The notes: generated by a model not told the origin, from the letters alone. A stretch of 64,000 bases of DNA from an uncultured Dehalococcoidia bacterium (GCA_964453665.1 CAYVQT010000004.1:4142-68141), one strand, 5' to 3'. Numbered from the stretch's first letter, positions 30,541 to 40,693 are shown. Numbers and translations are program-made.

Positions 30541-31236
30541 CTAGAATCCCTGCCCCGTAAAAAGACGCATAAACCCATCGACCGGCCGTATCAGTATATC
30601 CCATAATATTCCAGTGAAGTATCCTAAAAAGAGAAGCAATAATAAGAACAAAGGCCCCCAACGCTCCATTTTTGCGAAGGCGTAAGCCTGACGTGAGGGC
30701 AGTAGTCCAACAGCAACCTTGAACCCGTCCAACGGTGAAATTGGAATTAGATTAAAGACCGCCAGTATCAAGTTAAAGAAGATTATATACCCCACTAAAT
30801 CGGCAGCAACAGAACCCAATTCCCAGCCATCCACGTATAGATATCGTGGCGAATGCCAGTCTACAACCCCCGCTCTTACCAGCGCTCCGAACAACGCAGC
30901 CAACACAATATTGGACATTGCTCCCGCGATAGCCACCATCGCCATTCCTCGCCGCGGGTTTCGACCCAGTCGTTGATAATCTATAGGAACGGGCTTGCCC
31001 CATCCGAATCCAACCAGGAATATCATCAAGGTGCCCATTGGATCGAGGTGCTTGATAGGGTTTAATGATAGCCTCCCCATCCTCTTCGCTGTGTGGTCTC
31101 CCAGCAAGTAAGCTACTAAAGCATGGCCAAATTCATGTATTGTAATCGCAACCAGCAAACCTACAATGACAATACCTACGAGATAGAAGAACAGCGCAGG
31201 ATCATCTACTAGCAATCTGAAATAGCGAAGGAGCAT
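30541..31236 (-). CDS. Site-2 protease family (M50) membrane metalloprotease
   Basis: HEFGHALVAYLLGD zinc motif and the second motif NLIPISPLDG. 231 aa polytopic protein. Confidence 0.88.
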   Translation of the reverse strand: MLLRYFRLLVDDPALFFYLVGIVIVGLLVAITIHEFGHALVAYLLGDHTAKRMGRLSLNPIKHLDPMGTLMIFLVGFGWGKPVPIDYQRLGRNPRRGMAMVAIAGAMSNIVLAALFGALVRAGVVDWHSPRYLYVDGWELGSVAADLVGYIIFFNLILAVFNLIPISPLDGFKVAVGLLPSRQAYAFAKMERWGPLFLLLLLFLGYFTGILWDILIRPVDGFMRLFTGQGF

Positions 31237-31307
31237 AGGTACGCCTTACCGCGCTATTATAGCATAGTTATCCTTCCCCTCAAGTTCAACCGCTTTAGCT
31301 GATGCAC

Positions 31308-31336
31308 TTGACAGCACATTGCTATGTTGGTAGACT
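31308..31336 (+). promoter_or_regulatory. Putative sigma-70 promoter
   Basis: TTGACA, 17-nt spacer, TAGACT, about 30 nt upstream of the 31368 start. Confidence 0.4.
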
Positions 31337-31367
31337 TCCCAGAGTTGGATTCCCCTAAAACGATCAC

Positions 31368-31886
31368 ATGACCCTTGCCGATTTTCTCAAGGTGTTCTTT
31401 ACCGCAGCCGCCCCTATCTCCGAACTCAGGGGGGCAATACCGCTCGCCATAGTTGACCTGGAAATATCCTGGCAGCTTGCCTTCCTGGTTGCCTTCGCGG
31501 GCAACCTGCTGCCTGTACCATTCCTTTTGCTATTCCTGGGCCCTGTATCCAGGTTTCTAAGCAAGATAGGGCTATTTGAGCGCATACTCAACTTTATATT
31601 CAGGCTGTCGAGGCGTCGCGGAGGACTCGTAGAACGATATGGTACGATGGGGTTGGTGCTCTTCGTTGCCATCCCGCTGCCGGTTACAGGAGCCTGGACG
31701 GGCTCCATCGTTGCATTTCTGCTCGGACTGAGTTTCTGGCATGCCTTTCCTGCGATTGTTCTTGGGGTAATTATTGCCGGGGTGATAGTCACCACTCTGA
31801 CTGTCATCGGCTGGTGGGGAGCCATAATTGCCGGAATTGGGCTATTCGCACTAGCGATCCTCAGCTTGCGAAAGTATCGGCAGTAG
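31368..31886 (+). CDS. Small multidrug-export-like membrane protein (COG2426 / PF06695-like)
   Basis: 172 aa, AAAPISELRGAIPLAI start typical of this family, 4-5 TM segments. Confidence 0.7.
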   Translation: MTLADFLKVFFTAAAPISELRGAIPLAIVDLEISWQLAFLVAFAGNLLPVPFLLLFLGPVSRFLSKIGLFERILNFIFRLSRRRGGLVERYGTMGLVLFVAIPLPVTGAWTGSIVAFLLGLSFWHAFPAIVLGVIIAGVIVTTLTVIGWWGAIIAGIGLFALAILSLRKYRQ

Positions 31887-31961
31887 AGTAATAAGTGCTG
31901 TTACCCGGCTTTACATCAGACACTAATACGCGTATCATTCGGTTTTGCATGGAGTTGAAAC

Positions 31962-32450
31962 ATGGGGATTAATCTTCTAAGGGCCTTGCGCCGAAACCAC
32001 GCTATAGAGCACGCCACTGCCACCGTGTTGACAACCAAGATGAAGGCAAAACCAAGATTGGTCGGCAGAGCAACTACGGACGGATTCTATATCTATGGAG
32101 ACGTCTCAGCCGAAGCAGTATCACAAGCCGCTGAGGAGGGACTTGCGAGACTGAAGCACGGCGAACACGACCTTGCCGTATCGCCTCAATGTGGAACAAA
32201 TATTTCCGTGGCAGTGCTGCTTGCCGGATTGGCATCTACGCTTATTTTTAGGGGTAAGCGGCAAAATAACCAGCTGCCCAATATGATTCTCGCCTCCCTC
32301 GTATCGATTGCATTAGCTCAACCGTTGGGCAAACTGGCCCAGAGATACCTGACTACATCATCCGATGTCACCAGTGTTACTATTTCGGAAATCATCTCCA
32401 AAAGACATGGAACACGCACTCGACACAAAATAAAAACTCTGCAAGGCTAG
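31962..32450 (+). CDS. Conserved hypothetical protein (possibly DUF6391-like)
   Basis: 162 aa with NHAIEHAT and SPQCGTN motifs and one hydrophobic stretch. The family recall is tentative. Confidence 0.55.
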   Translation: MGINLLRALRRNHAIEHATATVLTTKMKAKPRLVGRATTDGFYIYGDVSAEAVSQAAEEGLARLKHGEHDLAVSPQCGTNISVAVLLAGLASTLIFRGKRQNNQLPNMILASLVSIALAQPLGKLAQRYLTTSSDVTSVTISEIISKRHGTRTRHKIKTLQG

Positions 32451-32554
32451 CCATTATCTACAACTCAATAAAGCCTCGCAGAGTTCAATTTACGGTCTAA
32501 CGATACTGGCACCTGACGCGCAGGAGCTCATCAATACTGGTAAGTCGCCTTCAA

Positions 32555-33556
32555 TCAGCCGGCAAGCAGCTCTTTAACCTTATCGATAAATGGAGGTAGT
32601 ATCTTCTTGTAATCTCCAACCACACCATACTGACATACACCGAAGATATTGGCTTCCGGGTCTTTATTGATTGCAATCATGTTTTTCGACCCCGAACATC
32701 CAGCCAGATGCTGGCTTGCTCCCGACAGCGCTATCCCGATATAGAGTGTAGGAGTAACAAGCTTTCCCGTAAGTCCTACCTGGGTAGTCGCGGGCACCCA
32801 ACCCGAATCACACGGCGGACGGGTCGCTCCGACAGCTCCACCCAGAAGCTTAGCCAATGTAATAAGCTGGTCGAAAGGTTCAGGGCCACCCATCCCCCTT
32901 CCGCCACACACCACTACCTCGGCATCCTCAAGCTTCACCCCTTCTACTTCTTCCTTTACCTTCTCCAACCATTTCACCCTTATCGCGGAAGCATCTAACC
33001 CGGCATCAAATGCAATTACCTCGCCTTTCCGGGAGTCATCCTTCTCCAACGGCTCCATACATTTTGGCCTGACCGTTGCCATCTGAGGTTTAGTCTGCTC
33101 ACAGACTATTTCCGCCAGAGCATTCCCACCGTATACCGGTTTCGTCTGTACCATCAGTTTTGTATCACTATCGATCTTCAGTTCCAGGCAGTCTGTGGTC
33201 AAGCCCGTATCCAACCTGAATGCCAGCCTCGGTCCCAAATCGCGGCCTACTGCATTCTGTCCCATTAACAATATATTAGGCTTAACCTGCTGGCAAAGCT
33301 TTTCCATCGCAGCCACATATGAATCAGTTACATAGTCCTTGAGCAATGGGCTCTCTATAACGTATACCTTATCCGCTCCGAAGCGTATAGCCTCCTCAGC
33401 CATATTGCCGACTTTCTCACCGATCAGAACTGCCGCCAGTTCTTCACCGAGATCGTCAGCAAGTTTCCTGCCGACTCCAAGCAGTTCTAACGTTATTGCT
33501 GCCAGACTATCATTTATGCACTCACCGTAGACCAGAACCCCTTTATCGTCAGCCAT
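32555..33556 (-). CDS. etfA: Electron transfer flavoprotein subunit alpha
   Basis: C-terminal FAD-binding region VVCGGRGMG ... [11 protein letters not shown] ... [25 protein letters not shown]. Confidence 0.95.
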   Translation of the reverse strand: MADDKGVLVYGECINDSLAAITLELLGVGRKLADDLGEELAAVLIGEKVGNMAEEAIRFGADKVYVIESPLLKDYVTDSYVAAMEKLCQQVKPNILLMGQNAVGRDLGPRLAFRLDTGLTTDCLELKIDSDTKLMVQTKPVYGGNALAEIVCEQTKPQMATVRPKCMEPLEKDDSRKGEVIAFDAGLDASAIRVKWLEKVKEEVEGVKLEDAEVVVCGGRGMGGPEPFDQLITLAKLLGGAVGATRPPCDSGWVPATTQVGLTGKLVTPTLYIGIALSGASQHLAGCSGSKNMIAINKDPEANIFGVCQYGVVGDYKKILPPFIDKVKELLAG

Positions 33557-33591
33557 CTAATTTACCTCCTAATTGTCCTTCAGGCATTGCC

Positions 33592-34398
33592 CTATATTAG
33601 CTTTACCTCTCTTAGTTTAAGAGCCAGTTTAATCGCAGCATCCTCCTCATTTTCCCCCTCGATCATCTCGCATTTGGCTTCCCGAACCGGGATAAACAAT
33701 TTCGTCATCTTGGTGCGTGTCCCGGCGGCTCCTACTTTGGACGTGTCGGCGCTGATTTCCTGCGCGTTCCAGACGGGAACCGTTTTCTTGGCCGCAGCCA
33801 TAATTCCCTTGAGTGTAGCATATCTTGGCTCACCCAGTTCACTGCTTATAGTTATAAGCACGGGAAGCGACACCTCAACGACTTCATAGCCGTCGGGCAG
33901 GATACGCTCCACCCTGGCTTTGCCGTCACTTATATCGATCTTCTTAGCAACCGTCACATTAGGGATACCTAAATATTCAGCGATACCCGAGCCTACTTGG
34001 CCTGCGTCGAAGTCGCCTGCCTGCCTGCCACAGAAGACAATATCGTATTCACCCACCTTCTTTATGGCCTGGGCCAGTGCATATGCACTGGATGTGCTAT
34101 CCGAGTTCTCGAATGCACTGTCATTAAGCAAGAACGCTTCATCAGCACCCATCGATAGCGTGTGCTTTAACACCTTCTCCGCAGAAGGCGCGCCCATGCT
34201 TAATACGGTCACTTTTCCACCAAGCTCATCCTTCAGACGAAGAGCAGCTTCAACCGCTTGCTCGTCGAAGGGACTGATTACCGGAGGCGTATCCTTGGCA
34301 GGGATAGCCTTCTTGGCCTCTGCGTCGATAGCGAAGGCCGAAGCCGGGGTCTCAGGGTCGGGAATCTCCTTCACACAGACGATCAAATTCACAATCAT
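33592..34398 (-). CDS. etfB: Electron transfer flavoprotein subunit beta
   Basis: MIVNLIVCVKEIPD start after GAAGGAGG (ATG at 34398 preferred over 34425), and a VFCGRQAGDFDAGQVG motif. Confidence 0.94.
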   Translation of the reverse strand: MIVNLIVCVKEIPDPETPASAFAIDAEAKKAIPAKDTPPVISPFDEQAVEAALRLKDELGGKVTVLSMGAPSAEKVLKHTLSMGADEAFLLNDSAFENSDSTSSAYALAQAIKKVGEYDIVFCGRQAGDFDAGQVGSGIAEYLGIPNVTVAKKIDISDGKARVERILPDGYEVVEVSLPVLITISSELGEPRYATLKGIMAAAKKTVPVWNAQEISADTSKVGAAGTRTKMTKLFIPVREAKCEMIEGENEEDAAIKLALKLREVKLI

Positions 34399-34521
34399 AC
34401 CTCCTTCGGCACCACGTGCCTTCATCTACACATAATTAAAGCTCTCTTAGAGCCGTATACAAATTTAGCATAGTGCACATAGAGTGTCAAGCAAACTGCC
34501 CCCCCGAATAGTGGCTTTTAC

Positions 34522-34550
34522 TTGGCATCGCAGTTTCCGTATGTTAAGAT
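34522..34550 (+). promoter_or_regulatory. Putative sigma-70 promoter of the first cvpA paralog
   Basis: TTGGCA, 17-nt spacer, TAAGAT, 35 nt before the ATG. Confidence 0.4.
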
Positions 34551-34585
34551 AGGCCTCAAATTCCGACTTAAATGGCGGTCTAAGT

Positions 34586-35320
34586 ATGAACTGGCTTGAT
34601 GCTGTAGTAATCCTTATTCTGGTTATACCCACATTTATCGGCTTTAAAAGAGGGCTGGCTAAAACGGTTATTCCTCTGGTCGGTATTATCGCCAGTGTTG
34701 TTCTGGCAGGGGTATTTTACAACGCAGTGGCCGATTGGTTATCTTCATGGCTCGAAAGCGACGCTCAGGCCAAGATAGCCGGATTTATCATTATTTTCGT
34801 AGTATCCATAACGGCAGGCATTATATTACTTTCACTGCTGCGTAGATTCACACGTGTATTCAGCTTCGGTTGGGGGGGAATGACGAGAACCATTCTGCCA
34901 CTGGCGGGTATTATACTTGGTATAGCACTGGCAGGTCTCTTCTACAACTCGGTTGCCGACTGGCTTTCCTCATGGCTTGAAAGCCGCAACCAGGCTACGG
35001 TAGTTGCTTTCCTTATCATCTTTGTCCTTGTAATGGCAGCATCTATCGAACTTTTTTTAATACTATCCTCCATAGCAGGTAAGCCCTCAAAGATGCCTCT
35101 ATTTGGCTGGACCGACAAACTCGGTGGAGTGGCATTTGGATTGGCCATCGGAGGGATAATCTCAGGTGCTATCCTGACTCTGATCGCCAAGTACTACTCG
35201 CCAGAAATGGAAACAACTATAAGGGATTCAGGCCTTGCCTCCTTTTTCCTCGATCATTTTCCTTTTGTGCTCCATCTCCTGCCCGACGAGTTCGATACGG
35301 TACGCGAGTTCTTTGGCTGA
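34586..35320 (+). CDS. cvpA: CvpA-family membrane protein with an internally duplicated core
   Basis: MNWLDAVVILILVIPTFIGFKRGL start. The module LAGxFYNxVADWLSSWLES + TM helix occurs twice (residues about 40-95 and about 115-170). Confidence 0.82.
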   Translation: MNWLDAVVILILVIPTFIGFKRGLAKTVIPLVGIIASVVLAGVFYNAVADWLSSWLESDAQAKIAGFIIIFVVSITAGIILLSLLRRFTRVFSFGWGGMTRTILPLAGIILGIALAGLFYNSVADWLSSWLESRNQATVVAFLIIFVLVMAASIELFLILSSIAGKPSKMPLFGWTDKLGGVAFGLAIGGIISGAILTLIAKYYSPEMETTIRDSGLASFFLDHFPFVLHLLPDEFDTVREFFG

Positions 35321-35459
35321 AACATCTGGAATTCTTCTAACACAATCCAACACACTCAGTCTGATCTCAAAGCAAGCTTAAAATCATACTAAATGTTTGG
35401 TAAAACACTGTTGTGTGTTAAAATAATCCCGATATCACAAATTGCATCAATGATTAAGC

Positions 35460-35957
35460 ATGAATTGGCTTGACATAGTAATAATTATCATACTTATTAT
35501 TCCCATGTACTTGGGCTTCAGAAGGGGCCTTATCGGGACCCTGGTGCCTCTTGTAGGAATTATCCTGGGTATCATCATCGCGGGACTATACTACGACTCT
35601 ATAGCCAATTGGCTGTCTAATTGGCTGCACAGCCCCGCGCAAGCTAAGATAGTTGCCTTTGTCCTAATCTTCATTCTGTTTATGATAGCAGTAACATTAG
35701 TAACAAAATTTGTGCGTGGGTTTCTCAGTCTGCTGCTCCTGGGCTGGGTTGATACCATAGGCGGGCTCGTTTTCGGTCTGGTGATGGGCGGAATAACCGC
35801 AGGAGCCCTCCTATCCATAGTCAGTAAGTTCTTCTCCTCAAGTGTTGGGGCTACTGTTTCAGATTCCGTTCTTGCCGCCTTCTTACTGGATAAATTTCCC
35901 TTTGTGCTCTATCTTCTCCCCAAAGAGTTCGATGCCGTACGCCAGTTTTTCAGTTGA
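35460..35957 (+). CDS. cvpA: CvpA-family membrane protein (single-module paralog)
   Basis: MNWLDIVIIIILIIPMYLGFRRGL, FPFVLYLLPKEFDAVRQFF. Collinear with its neighbour's N- and C-termini. Confidence 0.85.
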   Translation: MNWLDIVIIIILIIPMYLGFRRGLIGTLVPLVGIILGIIIAGLYYDSIANWLSNWLHSPAQAKIVAFVLIFILFMIAVTLVTKFVRGFLSLLLLGWVDTIGGLVFGLVMGGITAGALLSIVSKFFSSSVGATVSDSVLAAFLLDKFPFVLYLLPKEFDAVRQFFS

Positions 35958-35973
35958 AAGCTCCAGATAATCC

Positions 35974-36675
35974 ATGAAAGCCAAACATTTTCATAACTGG
36001 CAGATTACACCCCGTGAAGCCAGGCAGAAACAATTAGAGATGGCTGCTATGGTCTCCAAACGGAACGAAGTAAACGATGTCCACTTAATTGCAGGAGTTG
36101 ATATTTCCGCACCCGATACTACGGGGATCGCGCGAGCAGCGGTTGTCGTCATCAGCTATCCTGAGCTTGAAACATCGGAAGTTAAAGTTATAAAACATCA
36201 GGTCACTTTCCCCTATGTTCCAGGGCTTCTCTCTTTCAGAGAGGCGCCACTTATTCTGGCGGCCTGCGATGAGCTGGACTCCGAGCCCGACCTAATACTG
36301 GTCGATGGACAGGGTATTGCTCATCCCAGAAGGCTAGGTCTTGCCTCACATCTGGGTATAATCTGGGATAAACCAACCATAGGCTGTGCCAAATCCAGGC
36401 TCTGCGGAAAACATGACTTGGTGCCATTAGAAAAAGGCTCTTATGCCGAGATTACTGATAATGGTGAGGTTATAGGAGCAGCGCTTCGCACAAAGCACGG
36501 AGTATCTCCAATATATGTGTCCATAGGGCACAAAGTAGACCTGCAAGCTGCAATAGCCTGGGCACTTCGATGCTGCTGCGGTTTCCGCATACCGGAACCT
36601 ACGAGGCTCGCACATCTAGCTGCGGGGAAACAACCTGAAGCCGTGTTGAGTAACGAAATCAAGAGCAGCATATAA
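35974..36675 (+). CDS. nfi: Endonuclease V (deoxyinosine 3' endonuclease)
   Basis: AGVDIS, PYVPGLLSFREAP, VDGQGIAHPRRLGLASHLG, IYVSIGH motifs. Confidence 0.94.
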   Translation: MKAKHFHNWQITPREARQKQLEMAAMVSKRNEVNDVHLIAGVDISAPDTTGIARAAVVVISYPELETSEVKVIKHQVTFPYVPGLLSFREAPLILAACDELDSEPDLILVDGQGIAHPRRLGLASHLGIIWDKPTIGCAKSRLCGKHDLVPLEKGSYAEITDNGEVIGAALRTKHGVSPIYVSIGHKVDLQAAIAWALRCCCGFRIPEPTRLAHLAAGKQPEAVLSNEIKSSI

Positions 36676-36716
36676 CTACCTCTACTGTAAATCTGATATA
36701 GAACGCTGGGGGCATT

Positions 36717-37815
36717 ATGGAAGAATACAAACAAAGATTGGACGACCTGCATAGACGCATCACTAATGTAATGGTGCATCTTTGACATCGCTACGAAAGA
36801 AAAACAGATAGCCAGGCACGAGCGAGAGACATCTCATCCTGATTTCTGGAAAGATCAGGAGAAGGCACAGCAGTCTATGCGCCAGCTTTCCTATCTAAAG
36901 GAAATTGTAGACACCTGGCGCAATCTGGAGAAAAAGGTTTCAGACCTATCCACCTTGATCGACGTATCCCTTGCCGAAGACGACAGTTCTCTGGAAAATG
37001 AATTCTCCCAGGAAATGCACAGCATCGAGCTTTCTCTCGAAGATTTGGAGTTCCAATTACAGCTCGGTGGCAGGTATGACCAGAGAGGCGCTATACTGGC
37101 GATACATGCTGGAGCGGGGGGTACTGAATCCCAGGACTGGGCCCAGATGTTGCTTCGAATGTACCTCCGGTGGGCTGAACAGCACAGCAGGCATAGTGAA
37201 GTTATTGAGGTCTCTCCGGGAGAGGAAGCGGGAATAAAAAGCGTTCTCGTTGAAATTGGCGGTGATTATGCTTACGGCTACCTCAAGGGAGAGCGGGGAG
37301 TACATAGATTAGTTCGAATATCTCCTTTCGATGCCTCCCATAGCCGTCATACTTCCTTTGCCCTGGTAGAGGTCATGCCGGTGGTGGAGAGCGAGGTGGA
37401 TGTTACCATCAACCCGGACGACCTCAAAGTGGAAGCTTTTCGCTCCAGTGGTCCCGGTGGCCAGCACATGCAGAAAACCAGCAGTGCGGTTCGTCTGACA
37501 CATTTGCCAACAGGTATAGCTGTTGTTTGTCAAAATGAGCGCTCACAATACCGAAACAAGGAAGTAGCAATGAAAGTCCTGCGCTCACGACTCCTGGAAA
37601 TGGAGTTAGAAAAGAAAGCCGAGAAACAAGCAAAGTTGAAGGGGGAACATATCACAGCAGAGTGGGGCAATCAGATTAGGAGCTACGTGATCCATCCATA
37701 CAAGCTAGTTAAAGACCATCGAACGGGACACGAGACCAGCGATACTTCAGCCGTGCTCGATGGTGATCTTGATGATTTGCTCAAAGCCTACCTTAGATCT
37801 AACATACAAGGATAA
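36717..37815 (+). CDS. prfB: Peptide chain release factor 2, requiring a programmed +1 frameshift
   Basis: Frame 0 runs ATG 36717 ... CAT CTT TGA (stop 36783-36785). Frame +1 from 36784 (GAC ATC ...) continues into the 312-aa track ORF, which contains SPF and GGQ (SGPGGQHMQKT). Confidence 0.93.
36780..36786 (+). promoter_or_regulatory. prfB +1 frameshift site CTT TGA C
   Basis: Exact match to the canonical RF2 autoregulatory slippery site CUU UGA C, at codon 22-23 of the gene. Confidence 0.9.
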
Positions 37816-39101
37816 TGAAAAAGCTAATACCAATCACGCTGGTACTTATTCTTCTCATCACTGCCGCCATTGAGCCGATTCGCGCTCAAAATGAGATATC
37901 CGCGTTTTCCACCGCCAGCGTTCAATATCCTACAGAATTGACCTTCAACCTGGTAGCCGAAAGCTCTGCCGATATTACCCAGATCTTCCTCCGCTACCGG
38001 ATAGGCAAAGTAACCAACGTAAAAGTGACAACTGTTGTCCAACCCGATTTCGAACCCGCTCCCACAGTTGAAACAAGCTGGACCTGGAATATGAAGAAGA
38101 CGCTCGGCAGCCTGCCACCGGGCGCTGAGGTTCAATACAGCTGGAGAATTCAGGACGCCACGGGCTATGAAATTGAGACTGCATGGGCAACTGTCAAATA
38201 CGATGATCATCGCTACCTCTGGGATAGCCTGACAGCGGGCGATATAACCCTGTTTTGGTATGAGGGGGAAATGTCCTTTGCGCAGGCCCTGCTGGATTCC
38301 GCCGATGATGCACTGGAAATTTTGGCACGCGACGCGGGCGTTTATCTTGAGCAAGCGGTTGTTGTGTATATTTATGCCAACTCTGACGATCTGCGTGACG
38401 CATTACTATATCCCCCGGAGTGGATTGGTGGAATCGCTTTTACCCAGTACGGCATTGTAGCGATAGGAGTGAGTACTAACAATTTATCATGGGGGAAACG
38501 GGCTATTGCACACGAATTGGCACACCTGGTTACACACCAGATGACCTCAAATCCCTACAACGATATACCAACTTGGCTTGATGAAGGCATTTCCCTATAT
38601 GCTGAAGGCGATCTGCGATTCGATCTCCAGTCCACACTCGATAAGGCAATATCTGAAGACAGCCTTATATCGGTGCAAAGTATATCCAGCAGTTTCCCAT
38701 CAGACACCTATGAAGCAATGCTCTCTTACGCTGAGAGTTTCAGTATAGTCGAGTTTCTACTTCAACAATATGACAGGGAAAAAATGCTGCAACTATTGAA
38801 CGTCTTCAAACAAGGGTCAAGCTATGAGGATGCACTCCTGGAAGTATACGGCTTTGATACATCCGGCTTGGATAACCTCTGGCGTCTAAGCCTGGGGCTT
38901 GAACCCCGACAATCACCTCCGGGCACAACCCCACAATATACGGCGACACCTGAGCCCGATACCGGGCTATTCGGTTGTCAGTCCGCATCCGGAACAACAA
39001 GCCATAGCAGTTCAACATTTTTCGTTGTTATAGGTTTCCTTTTTATCCCCTGTACAACCGAGATCATTCGCCTAAGTGCATGGAGGATCAGAAAGCGCTA
39101 A
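37815..39101 (+). CDS. Secreted peptidase-MA-like (PF13485-like) zinc metalloprotease homolog with a C-terminal TM anchor
   Basis: Signal peptide MKKLIPITLVLILLITAAIEPIRA, HELAHLVTH zinc motif, downstream WLDEGISLYAEG, C-terminal FFVVIGFLFIP helix plus RIRKR. Confidence 0.75.
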   Translation: MKKLIPITLVLILLITAAIEPIRAQNEISAFSTASVQYPTELTFNLVAESSADITQIFLRYRIGKVTNVKVTTVVQPDFEPAPTVETSWTWNMKKTLGSLPPGAEVQYSWRIQDATGYEIETAWATVKYDDHRYLWDSLTAGDITLFWYEGEMSFAQALLDSADDALEILARDAGVYLEQAVVVYIYANSDDLRDALLYPPEWIGGIAFTQYGIVAIGVSTNNLSWGKRAIAHELAHLVTHQMTSNPYNDIPTWLDEGISLYAEGDLRFDLQSTLDKAISEDSLISVQSISSSFPSDTYEAMLSYAESFSIVEFLLQQYDREKMLQLLNVFKQGSSYEDALLEVYGFDTSGLDNLWRLSLGLEPRQSPPGTTPQYTATPEPDTGLFGCQSASGTTSHSSSTFFVVIGFLFIPCTTEIIRLSAWRIRKR

Positions 39102-40693
39102 TGAAATTACGGTTGCTGATACAAATCTCTTGTATCTTAATAATTCTGTCACTGTCCGCCATCGCTTGTCCTTCAGGGACCCAAAGCCCTGATGCCACCA
39201 CGCCCAACGGGATGCTGACACTCTTCGATGTTAGCCCACTAACTCTCGATCCGGCGCTAGCACGTTCCGGTACATCACTAACCTATATTGTCGAAATCTT
39301 CAGCGGACTGGTCAGCTTCGACCCGGAACTCAACCTGATACCTGACATCGCTGAGAGGTGGGAGGTAAGCAGCGACGGCAAAACCTATACCTTTTACCTG
39401 CGCCGGGACGTAACGTTCCACGACGGCAGTGAAGTCACCGCAAGCGATTTTAAGTATTCTATGGAACGCGCCTGTAACCCGGCAACCGGATCACAGACCG
39501 CTGAGACTTACCTCGGCGATATAGTCGGCGCTACAGAGAAACTGTCCAACGAGGCTGGAGAGGTCAGCGGTATCCAGGTTATTGACGACTATACCCTCCA
39601 GATTACCATCGACGCCCCCAAGGAATACTTCCCATCGAAGCTAGCCCATCCTGTAGCTTATGTCGTCGACCGATCCAATGTAGAATCGGGAACAAATTGG
39701 TGGTACGACCCCAACGGTACAGGGCCATTCCAGCTCAAAGAATGGCAAATAGATGACTTTATAATTCTGGAGAGAAATAGCTTCTACTACCTTGAACCGC
39801 CCAAAGTGGAACAGGTCGCCTTCCTTCTCTGGGGTGGAGTGCCAATGAGTATGTATGAGACAGATGAAATAGATATCACTGATGTCTATCTGGGAGACAT
39901 CGAGAGGGTGCTCGATCCTGATAACCCCCTGAATAAGGAGCTTTCGGTCATACCTCAACTAAGCATCTCTTTTATTGGCTTCAACTCGGCCAAACCACCC
40001 TTTGATGATGCTAATGTGCGCCAGGCGTTCTGCCATGCTATCGACAAGGATAAGCTGGTTAAACTGGTACTCAAAGACCTGGTAATCACTGCTCATGGCA
40101 TACTTCCTCCGGGCATGCCCGGCTATAATGAAGATGTTCAGGGACTGGATTTCGATGTGGACTTGGCAAAGCGTTTGCTCGCCGAATCAGAATATGGCAG
40201 TGCCGCTAATTTGCCCCCTATCACACTGACCTCATATGGCAGAGGGACTGCTTCAAATATAGAGGCAGCCCTTGTTGACATGTGGCTGCAAAATTTGGGG
40301 GTAGAAGTAGAGATCAGACAGTTGGAGCCGGAGAAATACCCATTCCTTCTAATGGAAGAAAAAGACGAGATGTTTACTCTTGGCTGGGGAGCCGACTACC
40401 CTGACCCTCAGAATTTCCTGGACGTATTGTTTCACAGTGACACGTCGGACAACATCGGTGAGTATACTAGCTCCGACGTAGATTCTTTACTTGAAGAGGC
40501 ACGGGAGGAAAAAGATTTCAACGCTCGTATATATCTTTACCAGCAAGCGGAGCAAATTATTGTCGACAATGCTGCCTGTCTCCCTATTTATTTCGATGTC
40601 GCCTATGTACTTATCAAACCCTACGTTAAAGACCTTCCTCTAGTCCCCCTGTGGATACCCAGCCTTAAGTACGTCACTATCGAACCTCACTAG
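39080..40693 (+). CDS. ABC-transporter substrate-binding protein, family 5 (peptide/nickel type), probable lipoprotein
   Basis: Signal and lipobox-like ILSLSAIAC, family-5 SBP features (FHDGSEVTASDFKYS, GWGADYPDPQNF). An alternative start at ATG 39101 overlaps the upstream stop (TAATG). No permease or ATPase genes are adjacent. Confidence 0.85.
   Translation: MEDQKALMKLRLLIQISCILIILSLSAIACPSGTQSPDATTPNGMLTLFDVSPLTLDPALARSGTSLTYIVEIFSGLVSFDPELNLIPDIAERWEVSSDGKTYTFYLRRDVTFHDGSEVTASDFKYSMERACNPATGSQTAETYLGDIVGATEKLSNEAGEVSGIQVIDDYTLQITIDAPKEYFPSKLAHPVAYVVDRSNVESGTNWWYDPNGTGPFQLKEWQIDDFIILERNSFYYLEPPKVEQVAFLLWGGVPMSMYETDEIDITDVYLGDIERVLDPDNPLNKELSVIPQLSISFIGFNSAKPPFDDANVRQAFCHAIDKDKLVKLVLKDLVITAHGILPPGMPGYNEDVQGLDFDVDLAKRLLAESEYGSAANLPPITLTSYGRGTASNIEAALVDMWLQNLGVEVEIRQLEPEKYPFLLMEEKDEMFTLGWGADYPDPQNFLDVLFHSDTSDNIGEYTSSDVDSLLEEAREEKDFNARIYLYQQAEQIIVDNAACLPIYFDVAYVLIKPYVKDLPLVPLWIPSLKYVTIEPH

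Noticed and set aside
30527-30661. N-terminal 45-aa extension of tyrA in the ORF track.
   Set aside because: It would overlap the 3' end of the upstream M50 protease gene by 121 nt and precedes the Rossmann GxGxxG that normally lies at the very N-terminus. TTG at 30526 with a G-rich RBS fits better.
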